NCBI RefSeq assembly: GCF_964355755.1
Contig: NC_092673.1
Coordinates: forward strand, 5,456,001-5,520,000
DNA: 64,000 nt
Reading direction: 5' to 3'
From: Antedon mediterranea
Taxonomy: Eukaryota > Animalia > Echinodermata
The number at the start of each line of letters is the position of its first letter. The first letter of the stretch is position 1. A model generated the notes under the pieces. That model was not told the DNA's origin, did no database searches, and saw nothing but the letters and a program-made list of their open reading frames with translations. Below, piece by piece: positions 1 to 11,700 of the stretch. The position numbers and the translations under genes are program-made.

Positions 1-779
1 TGACATTAATGTTATTCTTATTAATTGTTGATGATTAATGCAAATGTCAAATTAAACTATTAATCACAATGTACTTTAAATATCTCAAATTCTGATATTA
101 GCTGATTCAAACAACAATAGGCATTTACAATTACCATAGTTACTATGGTATTAAAGGTAATAGGTTAGATAATCCAAACCTTTTGAAAACACTACAATAG
201 ATAGTTCTTTGTAATGCCATGTTCGATTCCTAAAGAATGTAAGCTACTGTTTAAATCAATGTATTTGCTGAGTAAATGAACAAATACTTCTTTTGTAGAT
301 TGGTCTATTTATTGTCAAGTGTCCTAGTGAAGGCAGGTACTATACTACAATAGTTATCACAGTGATGCAGCCACGACAAAATAAAGTGGTCAGGTTTTTG
401 CAAGAAAAAGGGAAGAATCTCTGTTAAAGCCACTGAGTTGTCAAAGGCCTCAGGTTGAAACCTTACCAACCATACTGGTGGGTATCGCTATGGCCCTGTA
501 TCACTAAAGATATAGGATTTGAAATGGTATAAAAAGTGCAAAAGGAATTGATGAACAGATACTAATGTCCTATCTTTTGCATTATAATTATCAAAACTCA
601 AGGGAAAGGATGGGGGATGGTGCTGGCTGGCCAACCACATTTTATCCGCCTATTAAAATTACTGTATTACATTAATATACTCTAGAAGCACCAGATTTCA
701 CTAAATTGATAGTAGAATTGGACACAATACTACTGAACCATTTGTAGTACAGCTAAACTTATTTGGTTTAATTATTTAC

Positions 780-3652
780 CTGCTGGTGAGCGTGCATCAA
801 CAGAGCTAACAAATATTCCCAAGCCGTGTTCTGAGCCACCTCTGATGCTAAATCCAAGGCTTCCGCATACCTTCTGTATGGTTATATGACAAAGACTTGA
901 CGGGGAATGCTGGCCTACGTGAACAGATCCTACAGTGTACAAAAAACAAAATACAATACAAATAATATTAGGGGGAAGAGAGAGAGTTTGTATGGTTATA
1001 AAAAAAAATGTGGCTATTGCATGCATCCATACGCATAGGGTATCAAAATGACCAGAATTATACTGGAAATGTATTTGAAAACTGCACTGGGGTATAGTAT
1101 CTTTGCTTGTAAGCAGTACTAAAGTCGTTTTGTTTAACCAATCATTTATTAAATACAATAATATTCGGGTAATGATATCCCAATCATAATAAACTACCTG
1201 TATGAAGTGAAATTTAAAACAAAGAGGTGTACAAAAAAATTTTTTACAAATTTTGTAAAAGTACAGTATGTTTTTCAAATTCAGGGATGTAGGCCTACTG
1301 TAGCTACCGAAATCTGAAGGTGACTAAATTTTGTTAGTACCAGCAGCTTTCAGGAAGACTTATTTAGGGGGATCTTTGACACCTTTTTTTATAGTATTGT
1401 ATAAATATTGTAGATCATCACAACATTTTTAGAAGATGAAATCAATCGATCAGCCAATTATTTATATTCATTGCAAACAGCTGAACATAAGCCTCAAGTA
1501 AATGATATAATTAAAGGCTGATTTGGTAATCATCACATTTATTGAAGCATAAATACTCATTTGCATATTGATTTATTCCATAGAACAGGTGTTTGTATTT
1601 ACCAGGTAGTATTATAATATTTGATTTTTATCACCTGGAAGAGACACATTTGATGTGTATCACAATAGCATTTGAAATTAACTTACAATGACTCATATAG
1701 TATTAATCATACAATTGTTATTATTATTACAGTATAATTATTATAATATTGTATTCAAAATTACAAAAGTATATAATTAATATCATTATACACGGGTAGC
1801 TGTGTAATCTATGCAGATTGAAACAATTTATTGTTGATTTTTTATTTCTCCTTCCTTGACCATTTTTATCTTTGCTATTAATATTATCATCTTTAATTTT
1901 CTCCAATGCAATTTTTAAATTTCTCGTAAATCTGAAATATAAAAAGATGTATGATCAAATATAATCCAGAACATATCTCCATTTAATTACAGATCATGTG
2001 AGGAGCATGTCTTAAGACAACTTATCATCTGAATGACACCAATGTCCTTAGTAGAAAGGTGTTCATACTGTAGAGTATACAGTAATTAAAATAGGTATGT
2101 ATTGATTTGGTAATGAGGAGATCTTAACTGTAATATTGTAGCTTACTGCATTTCATGATTCACTATACGACTATGTTGCTGTCGAGTCGAAAAGTCATTC
2201 ATAAACAAATGTGAGCATGCACAGATCCGTATAAGAAACCAAGAGAACCAGAGATACAGTATTTACTATAAAAACTACTCAATGTTTTGAAATAATAGAT
2301 TGGATTGTATATTCATTCATTTATTCAAACTAAATGAACAGGCCTATACTACAGTGTACAGTACGTAATTCTGATTCTGAAAAGTGCAAATATCGTACTG
2401 TACCTGTAGCTTGATAATTCCTTTATTAAAAAAATAAACAGAGCACTATTCAACATCTTTCATTTCGTACAAATGTATTCGCCTAGTGGTAAACAGGCTT
2501 TACTGTACTGTAGGTAAAAAACTGAATATGGGGCATTTGATAAATTGTTTTTTCTTTGTATTATATTTAGCCAATAGGAGAGCAATGTTACTATCGTCTA
2601 AGGCATTGCCAACGATAGGGTTCTGAGATATTAATGTACTATACAGTATTTATAAATTCCCATGGAATATACAGTACAGTACATCTCCATGTCTTTGTGA
2701 GGTTGTAATTTGTCATTAGACAAAATCCTGACATATGACAGGACTTGAATCCACGATTGGTAGCCAAGCATCATAACCACAACTCCACTACAGTACTACT
2801 ACTGTAGTCAGTAAATTATTGCACATGTACCAGAAGTGGATTAGTGAGGGATTACCAAACCTAAATCTACGGCAGACAAAACAAAAACCAACCTGTTGAG
2901 TATCTTCTTGGAATAACAAACACGTTTGTACGAACATTAGTATAAATCCTAGCCATAATTGGAATACCGTAATACTTAAAACCATGTGTACAAAACACAA
3001 TAAACTGTAGGCCTGTATATGGTGTGAAAACAGCACACAAGAATCAGTTGCTGCTATGATAGACTATCAACATAAATACTAATACAGCATTGATTTGTGG
3101 TGGCTTTGAATATAGATCACATGATATGGTTGGTAAGTGGGGGAAAATCACCAGATGTTAGTCAATGGCAGCAGAAAACAATAGAGTAGTAACAGAGGTT
3201 GTTAAACTGAATGCAAGGATCTTTTGTTTGATTGATCGTGAATATTAGTTGACAGAGAAATACTATATTACATGTGTTGATCACAATACTTTGCATATTG
3301 AAAATCTTAAATTAAATGGAATGGAAAAAGAAAAATTACCATCCGTATTTTGTTCTCGTTTTCTTCTTGTAGTTGGGGAGTATGGGTGGGCCATCTCAGA
3401 GTATGGAGCTAGTTCATCAAACTGCTGCACGTGCGATGATGGAATCAAGGATCGAATTTCCTTCAAAAGGTCTTTCTTTCGTGGAGTATCAAGCGCACTT
3501 TGCAGGCATATCATCAACTTTTCCACGTCTTTATACGTGTGGTACTGTCGTAAGATATCATGTAGATAATCACGTTCTAGATCGGTTAGTAACGAGTTGG
3601 CTTTTCGTTGGAATTTCTTCAGATTCCGCTGTAGGTCTAACGTGGCAGCCAT
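780..3652 (-). CDS. PDZD7/whirlin-family scaffold protein, first two coding exons seen (3340-3652, 780-929); gene continues beyond window start
   Basis: Exon 3340-3652 encodes a harmonin-homology (HHD) domain (ERDYLHDILRQYH...LLKEIRSLIP). Exon 780-929 encodes PDZ1 (LGFSIRGGSEHGLGIFVS). GT/AG sites and phase 1 match. Acceptor at 3737-3738; probable non-coding first exon ends at donor AAG|GTAAGA at 17049. Confidence 0.85.
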
Positions 3653-3999
3653 CTTGAATAGAAGAAGAAGATCCTTTGTGTTTTCTTTAAAAATGTCTAC
3701 ATTATTTTCCGATCATTGCATACTGAATGTGTAGACCTGCAAATAAAATAAATATTAAAAATAATAATAGACATGATTTACTAAATACTATATTTATTTA
3801 ATCTTGAGTACAGTAATACCAACAATACAGTAATTTCATAACAAAAATAATAAAAATATAAACTGTAGTATCCTTTATATTTTCATCGGAACATTATAAT
3901 ACAGTATTTATTTGTTTAAATTTATAAAATTGTTTTTTCTTGCTCTTTATAAATAATGAATAACCACTTTTAACCATACAGTAGGAAAAATTGCCAAAT

Positions 4000-4480
4000 G
4001 GTCAGGTCGTACTTACAATACATTAAAATGCTACAGTACTGTACCTGTTACACCATTTCATTATAACTATGACAACCACATATCTATCCTAGGCTTATAG
4101 TTAGGTTACCAGTAGTGCGTTTCTTGTTCAACAAGGCAAGAACAATTCCCAACAGTGTAAATGTCGTACTTACTGTAAATTAAAATGCTACAGTACATAT
4201 TACACCATTTCATCAAGAACTATGACAACCACATATCTATCCTCTAGGCCTATATAGTTAAGTTACCAGTAGAGCGTTTTTTGTTCAACAAGGCAAGAAC
4301 AATTCCCAACAGTGTAAACGTCAGACTTTATGTACATTAAAATGCTACAATACATGTTAAACCATTTCATCAACAACTATATGTATGACACCCACATATC
4401 TATCCTAGGCCTATAATAGTTAAGTTACCAGTGGCGCGTTTCTTGTTCAACAAGGCAAGAACGATTCCCAACAGTGGAAA
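4000..4480. repeat. Three diverged tandem copies of a ~155-bp unit
   Basis: ttcttgttcaacaaggcaagaacaattcccaacagtg and acatatctatcct recur three times, about 155-160 bp apart. Confidence 0.9.
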
Positions 4481-4879
4481 TGTGAATATTTTAAAATGGC
4501 AAAAGAATCGACTACTGTTGCAGACACACTTGGTTTGTTATGCCAATCAATTTCATAATCAATAAAGAGCCAAGATAAACAGATAATAGAATTGTCTTAT
4601 AATGAAGCTGATCTCGCTAACATCCTCTGTATCCATTGGTTTCCATCCAAAGTTGATTATATCCATGTAATTTTAATTTTCGCTAATGTAATAAGTTTTT
4701 AAAACCAAATTTTTGGCAGACCTTCAAATTCTAATTTGCCTAAAAATTACACACATTTTTAATTTATCAAAATTTAGTGTTATGAAATATTGTGTAATAA
4801 TTGACATATTTTAAATTATATTACAGTACTGTATGTAGTTTTGTACTCTATAGTACAGTATCTGTAGTACAGTATCTGT

Positions 4880-5240
4880 AGTACAGTACTGTAGTACTGT
4901 ACTGTAGTACTGTACTGTAGTACTGTACTGTAGTACTGTACTGTAGTACTGTACTGTAGTACTGTACTGTAGTACTGTACTGTAGTACTGTACTGTAGTA
5001 CTGTACTGTAGTACTGTACTGTAGTACTGTACTGTAGTACTGTACTGTAGTACTGTACTGTAGTACTGTACTGTAGTACTGTACTGTAGTACTGTACTGT
5101 AGTACTGTACTGTAGTACTGTACTGTAGTACTGTACTGTAGTACTGTACTGTAGTACTGTACTGTAGTACTGTACTGTAGTACTGTACTGTAGTACTGTA
5201 CTGTAGTACTGTACTGTAGTACTGTACTACAGTACTGTAC
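4880..5240. repeat. 13-bp minisatellite (TACTGTACTGTAG)n, about 26 copies
   Basis: Near-perfect tandem array read directly; ORF 4811-5362 is its artefact. Confidence 0.97.
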
Positions 5241-5340
5241 TTGGAGTATCTGTACAATAGTATTAGCTTATCAGTATGCAGACTTTTATGTATTGTACAG
5301 ATACTGTAATAGTTATTTTTATGCCTGTCTATCTCCACTG

Positions 5341-6129
5341 TACGGAAGCCCGTTCGGGCCACAAGTTAACTATATTTTAAAAGCTGTTATCTGGCGGCCG
5401 CCACTTAATTATCTGGCGGCCGCCACTTAATAATTAGTACATGTCCCCGTCACGTGACATGTACGTGCATTGGATCAGAGGCGATGATGCATGCAATAAA
5501 ATAGGGAACGCCAGTATTCTCTTCACATGCGGTGACGTCATGCTCTCAAACTATTTCATTAATGCTCTTATACCGCACACCATTATCTTATACTCATTCC
5601 TAATGCTCTTATGTGCATAACTGATGCTCTTATAGTTATACTCATTCTTAATTCTCTTATACTCTTTCTTAATGCTCTTATACTCTTTCTTAATGCTCTT
5701 ATACGGGTCTTATACTCATTCTTAATGCTCTTATACTCTTTCGTCATGCTCTTATATGACTTTCCATGCTCTTATACTCTTTCGTCATTCTAAACTATGC
5801 GACGTATCATGCTCTTATGAGGTAATTAAAAATGCATCGACACATTCTCGACGCACGTGGCGCACTACTTCCAATGTAAAATAATCGACGGCTGTACAAA
5901 TAAGTCTAGGAAAGTTACAATTATCTTAATTATCTGGCGGCCGCCAGATAATTATCTGGCGGCCACCAGATAATTAAGTGGCGGCCGCCAGATAATTAAG
6001 TGGCGGCCGCCAGATAATTAAGTGGCGGCCGCCAGATAATTAAGTGGCGGCTGCCAGATAATTAAGTGGCGGCCGCCAGATAACAGCTTTTAAAATATAG
6101 TTAACTTGTGGCCCGAACGGGCTTCCGTA
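5341..6129. mobile_element. Non-autonomous DNA transposon, probably IS3EU-type
   Basis: Long TIRs TACGGAAGCCCGTTCGGGCCACAAG... / ...CCCGAACGGGCTTCCGTA; 6-bp TSD CCACTG (5335-5340, 6130-6135); subterminal 22-bp repeats containing GCGGCCGC; internal tgctcttata repeats. Confidence 0.85.
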
Positions 6130-6835
6130 CCACTGCTATTTTACAATATGCATAAATAGATCAATACACAATTAACATTTTCTATGCTTTTACCAACTTT
6201 CAGAAAAACCTTAACAAAATTTACATGAATACATGTTAACAACAGCAGTGAAAGAAGTCATAAAAAAGATTTTGAACCATGGAGATACACAGTAACAGTA
6301 CTCTGTCTCAATGTCTATGCATTGCCAAACCCAGGAATGTAAAACACTGTATGGGTAAAATGATGTAATGTGTTACTGTATAATTTAATGGGGGTCCTCC
6401 TCTCCCTCTGGATCCACCTTTTATTATTTTATGTTTAAGTACAGAATATCTTCTGAAGTACTGTATTAAAAAAAGTGGTAAAATTATTTTTTAAATGAAA
6501 TTTTATTGCGATACCTACAGTACAGTACTGTAAGCTGTGATGAAGTGTACAAAATTGTATCATTGTATTAGAAAGTCTATGAATTGATTTTCTATTATGA
6601 GGTTGGCTAACGATGTCATGATCTACCGAAGCAGAATAAGTAGAAGGCTTTGCAGTTTTAAAAACATCGATGGAAATCATTCGCACATTTGTACGCTAAA
6701 TTTGTAATCAATCATATCAATGTCTCACAATTATTACGTTATAAACAACGCATTTCTAATATACTGTATCATACTTCCTGAGAGACATATTTACACCTAC
6801 GGTAGAAAATATCAACAATTTTTGTTTATAAAAAA

Positions 6836-7630
6836 TGTGACGTCCATAAACCCCCGGACTAATTTGGAATAGTCCAAGTACACAAGGTGACAGGGTGGGC
6901 ATAGGTGGCATGAGGTCATTAAAGATTTGCCACATATGAGTGTAACATCTATAAAATCCTTGTCATCATTTATTGTGTATTACTATTCTTAGGTACGTAA
7001 ATATTATTCTCTGTATTATTTTGTATTATAGAGATAATTTCCATAATGTAGTTATTGTTCAGGATGATAGATATTACCCTTGGGATAGATATGTTGTTCA
7101 TACAATATGGTTACAGTTGCGGTTCTACACCGTATAATGAGAGGGTAAGCCAAGGTTAACATTCTTTCCAGGAGGGAACGTCCTTGGATTCAGCATGGTT
7201 ACTATGACAACTAAGATAAGAGTATCATTGTGTTATTTTATAGGTTACGTATGAAGTATAACTTGATCATAGTGACTTTGAGAGTTATATTTGGTATAGA
7301 CACAAGTACAAGTCATGTATTATTTATACTGTATTGATGTTCACCTTGGTATAATAGGAAGGTGAAGAAGTGTTACAGGTTTATTACTTATTTAACACGA
7401 CCTTAGTTGAGAGATAATGCTTCATCGTTAGTATTTTTAGAGTTATGAAATACAGTAGCAGATGTACTGTAGTTTTAAGCTTACTATGTTTGATGATAAG
7501 AGGTCCATTAAAGATTTGCCACATATGAGTGTAACATCTATAAAATCCTTGTCATCATTTATTGTGTATTACTATTCTTAGATCTCTCAACGACGGAAAA
7601 CATCCCTGTACTCATTGACCAGGGGTAACA
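6836..7630 (+). repeat. 5' LTR (795 bp)
   Basis: Matches the 3' LTR by eye except for one 5-bp indel; internal ~75-bp direct repeat. Confidence 0.97.
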
Positions 7631-7633
7631 TTT

Positions 7634-7652
7634 TGGAGGCACTGCCCGGATT
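7634..7652 (+). promoter_or_regulatory. Primer-binding site, probably tRNA-Thr
   Basis: TGGAGGCACTGCCCGGATT, 3 nt after the LTR; resembles the complement of a tRNA-Thr 3' end (TGGAGGCACCGCTGGGATT, recalled). Confidence 0.6.
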
Positions 7653-7663
7653 CATCTGAAACT

Positions 7664-8782
7664 ATGGCTGAAAGAGAGGAACAGAATGTGGAAGGTGACG
7701 TCAATCCGGTTGAGAATCAGGACGATAATGGTGCTGAGGATGCAGGAGTAAATATCGGTTTACAGGAGGAATATGAAAAAAAGCTACGGGACATGATGGC
7801 AGCGCATGAAGAACAACTGAAGAAACTACAACAGAGCTTTAAAGAAGCTGCAAATGCTAAGCCGACGACAGTAGTTTCTAGAAGGGACTTCAGGATGAGT
7901 GGCCAAATTGGTGAGCCAGGCCAGAAAGACCGATTAGCATTTGGAAGTTTGATTCACCAAATTGAATCTGGCAAGAGCCGAGGATACAGTGATCAGGAGA
8001 TTATTGAAGCTGTTATTAAAGCAATAGTACCAGGTGCGTCACTCCGGAGCTACTTAGAAGGTAAACTGGGGTTAACTCTGCCCAAACTAAGAGCTATCCT
8101 TAGGGCTCACTTTGGAGAGGAAAATGCCACAAAATTGTTTCACCGACTATCAAGTGCGGTACAAGATCCAAAAGAAACCCCACAGACATTCCTTCTGCGG
8201 GTACTGGATTTAAAACAAAGAATCTTGTTTTCTTCGCAAGAAGAAAACTCTGGGATCAAGTATGAGCCAAAGCTGGTTCAAAACATGGTCAGGCAAGCCC
8301 TTCTAACTGGTTTCCAAGAAGACGAAATCCGATCCGAGATAGCACCACACCTCAAACGAAACATCGAGGATGAGGAAGTAATGGATGCGCTTAATATAGC
8401 GGTAAACAATTACCAGGAACGTTTGGCTAAACTCAAAGCAGGAAGGACTAAAGTTTGCAAAGTGGATGTGGATGAATCTTTGAGAAAGGGATCAGGTTGT
8501 GAAAAGCAAAATGAAAACAAACGTTTTGAACTATTCACTCACGAGATGAGGGACATGTTACAGGCCGGATTAAATCAAATTCGACAAGAAGTGGGTGTAA
8601 TTGGTCAACAACAAGCCACGACCCAGAACAACAACCACGGAAACCGGCCTGCAGTTCGGGCATGTGATGGATGTCGCACACGTGGTACCAGATGCAATCA
8701 CTGTTTCAAGTGTGGAAGCAGTGAACATTTTGCTCGTGGTTGTCGATCCCAACGCAGAAATCAGGCGGGAAACGAGCAGTGA
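7664..8782 (+). CDS. gag: Gypsy Gag (capsid plus CCHC zinc knuckle)
   Basis: 372-aa ORF just after the PBS; QDPKETPQTFLLRV capsid-like motif; CFKCGSSEHFARGC knuckle. Confidence 0.93.
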   Translation: MAEREEQNVEGDVNPVENQDDNGAEDAGVNIGLQEEYEKKLRDMMAAHEEQLKKLQQSFKEAANAKPTTVVSRRDFRMSGQIGEPGQKDRLAFGSLIHQIESGKSRGYSDQEIIEAVIKAIVPGASLRSYLEGKLGLTLPKLRAILRAHFGEENATKLFHRLSSAVQDPKETPQTFLLRVLDLKQRILFSSQEENSGIKYEPKLVQNMVRQALLTGFQEDEIRSEIAPHLKRNIEDEEVMDALNIAVNNYQERLAKLKAGRTKVCKVDVDESLRKGSGCEKQNENKRFELFTHEMRDMLQAGLNQIRQEVGVIGQQQATTQNNNHGNRPAVRACDGCRTRGTRCNHCFKCGSSEHFARGCRSQRRNQAGNEQ

Positions 8783-11700
8783 TCACCCAGACGGGACGAG
8801 GCGTGATCAATTCTACCGAAAAGTCCCCTTATGTAAATAGTTTGCCAGGATACATAAATCAAATAGGACATATTAATCCTGTTCACCATCAAAGACTTGT
8901 CAAACTGGTGGGCCGAAAGTGTATCGTAAATTGTAAATTAAATGATGTAAATTGTAAGGTTCTCTGGGACACCGGAGCACAAGTTTCATTGTTGCCGACG
9001 ACCTGGTTAAAGACACATTTTCCAAACCAGCAACTGAGAGACCTAAAGGAACTACTGGATGATACAAACCTTGAGCTAAGTACAGCCGATGGAACGAATC
9101 TTCCATTCGACGGATGGACTGAGGTGTTTGTTGAATTATCGTTGGATGGAAAATCCACACAGCAGGTCAGAGTTCCTTTTCTAGTTACTAAAACAAATCT
9201 AAGTGAACCAATAATCGGTTACAACGTTGTGGAACATATAATAATGGGTCCGGCTCGACTACATCCGAATGCCATAAAAGCGTTTCCAAAGTTTCATAAT
9301 AAGAAGGTAGACTGTTTAATAAATTTGGTCAAGGAAAACACTGGCACTATGGGCACTGTTACGTTCGACGGAAACGATGTTGTCATCAGGAAAGGAGAGA
9401 CAGTTTCAATAAAATGCCGAGCCTATATGGGAACAAAAGATAAAGTTATGGCTATGTTTGAACCGAGCGTTGAAAATCTTCTATCAATTGGACTAGAAAT
9501 GTACGATACTGTTGTTGAAATACAAGGAAATTCCTGTAGACTGTATGCGCATAACCCAACACCACACGAAATTATGCTGAGACGGAGAATAACCGTTGGA
9601 CATGTGGAAGGAATACAAAGCGTATTGTTACCTACACAATCAAGAACGGAGTATAGCAAGAAAAAAGGCGACTCTCAAAATCCAACCACCAAAGTTACAG
9701 TAGGAGCTACAACCTCGGAAGGCGGTACGGACGAATTATGGGACCCGCCTGTGAGTCTAGACCACCTTACCTCGGAACAACAGACGGTAGCCAAACAAAT
9801 GCTACGCGAGGAGTCAGCTACTTTCTCAAAGGGAGACTTTGATATTGGGTGCTCCCCTGAATTACAAATGAGCTTACAACTTACTGACAATATCCCTGTA
9901 CAGAAATCATATACTTCAATCCCTCGACCGTTGTATGAAGAGGTAAAACAGTACATTCATGAACTTTTAAGCAAGGGGTGGATCAAGAAGTCACAGTCTT
10001 CATATTCATCTCCAGTAGTATGTGTCCGAAAAAAGGACGGCAGCCTTAGATTGTGTTGTGATTTCCGTGGACTTAATTTAAAGACTGTACCCGATAGGTA
10101 TCCGATACCAAGAATGCAAGATGTACTCGATGGCCTCAGTGGACAAAAGTGGTTCTCAACTTTGGATCAGGGAAAAGCCTATCATCAAGGATTCATATCT
10201 CCCAATAGCCAACCCCTAACCGCTTTTGTGACTCCATGGGGATTATTTCAATGGAACAGGATTCCATTTGGTTTGAAAAACGCACCTGCGGTATACCAAA
10301 GGTTTATGGGAACAGTACTAGAGGACATTAATCATCGAATCTGTGAGGTGTACTTGGATGATGTCCTGATCTACAGTCAAAATTTTCATGAACAAGTGGA
10401 GAACATTCGAAAAGTTCTGCAACGATTCCGACAGCACGGTGTAAAAGTCAAACCTGAAAAGTGTAGCCTCTTTCGGAAAGAAGTGCGGTACCTAGGGAAG
10501 GTAGTATCCGCAGAGGGGTATCGACCAGACACCAAAGACATTGTTGCCATGACGTCATTAAAACAAAAGACACAAAGGACAGTTGGCGATGTGAGGAAAG
10601 TACTGGGACTGATTGGTTACTACCGACGTTATATAAAAGATTTCTCAAAAAGGGCGAAACCCATTTTTGACCTTCTGAAGAAAGATTTACCCACGTCACA
10701 AACATCGTCAAAGAAGATAAAAGGTCAAACATCATCAAAAACCCCTATTGAATGGACAAGAAATCACCAAAGCATATTGGATAAATTCATCGATGAATTA
10801 GTGAGTGAACCCATATTAGCTTATCCAGATTTTTGTTCACCATTTGTGTTACATACAGATGCCTCGATGGATGGTCTTGGAGCAGTACTTTATCAAAGGC
10901 AAAACGGAAAAATGCGAGTTATTGGGTATGGTTCCCGATCTCTAAGTCCCTCAGAGAAGAATTACCACTTACACTCCGGTAAACTCGAATTTTTGGCTTT
11001 GAAATGGGCAGTGACTGAACATTTCCGTGACTACTTGTACCATGCACCGTCATTCACGGTTTATACAGACAACAACCCGCTGACCTACGTTCTGACATCG
11101 GCGAAACTGAATGCCACAGGTCATCGATGGGTGGCAGAACTTGCCGATTTTCACTTTGACATTAAATACAGGCCGGGTAAATCTAATATTGATGCTGACG
11201 TTCTGTCGAGGATACCTCTTGATATCGACCGCTACATCAAAGAATGTATTTCATGTATATCAACGGATACTATCAAAGCTATGTCAAACGGAGTGTTTGC
11301 ACTGCAATCCGGCCAAGTGACGCTACTTTCTGGAGTTTCAGCAAACCCAACCGATAATGAACCAGTAACACCTGTGACCAAACATTCCTCGATATTTTGC
11401 CCCGCAGATATCCTCCAAGAACAGCGTATGGATGATACAATTTTAGCGGTAATACCATTTGTCGAAAGAAACCGACCGCCAACTAAAAATGAAAGAACGA
11501 AGTTATCACTTAAAACCAACCTATTACTACGACAGTGGAAAAAGTTGAGACTAGATGACAACGGAAATCTTCGACGAGAAACATCGGATCGGTCACAGCT
11601 AGTTCTACCGCAACAACTAATTTCTAGAGTGCTAACGGAGCTGCATGACAACATGGGTCATTTGGGCGTAGAGAGAGTACTTCAAATGGCACGGGACAGA

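Noticed and set aside
4811-5362. 183-aa repetitive ORF
   Set aside because: Translation of the 13-bp minisatellite
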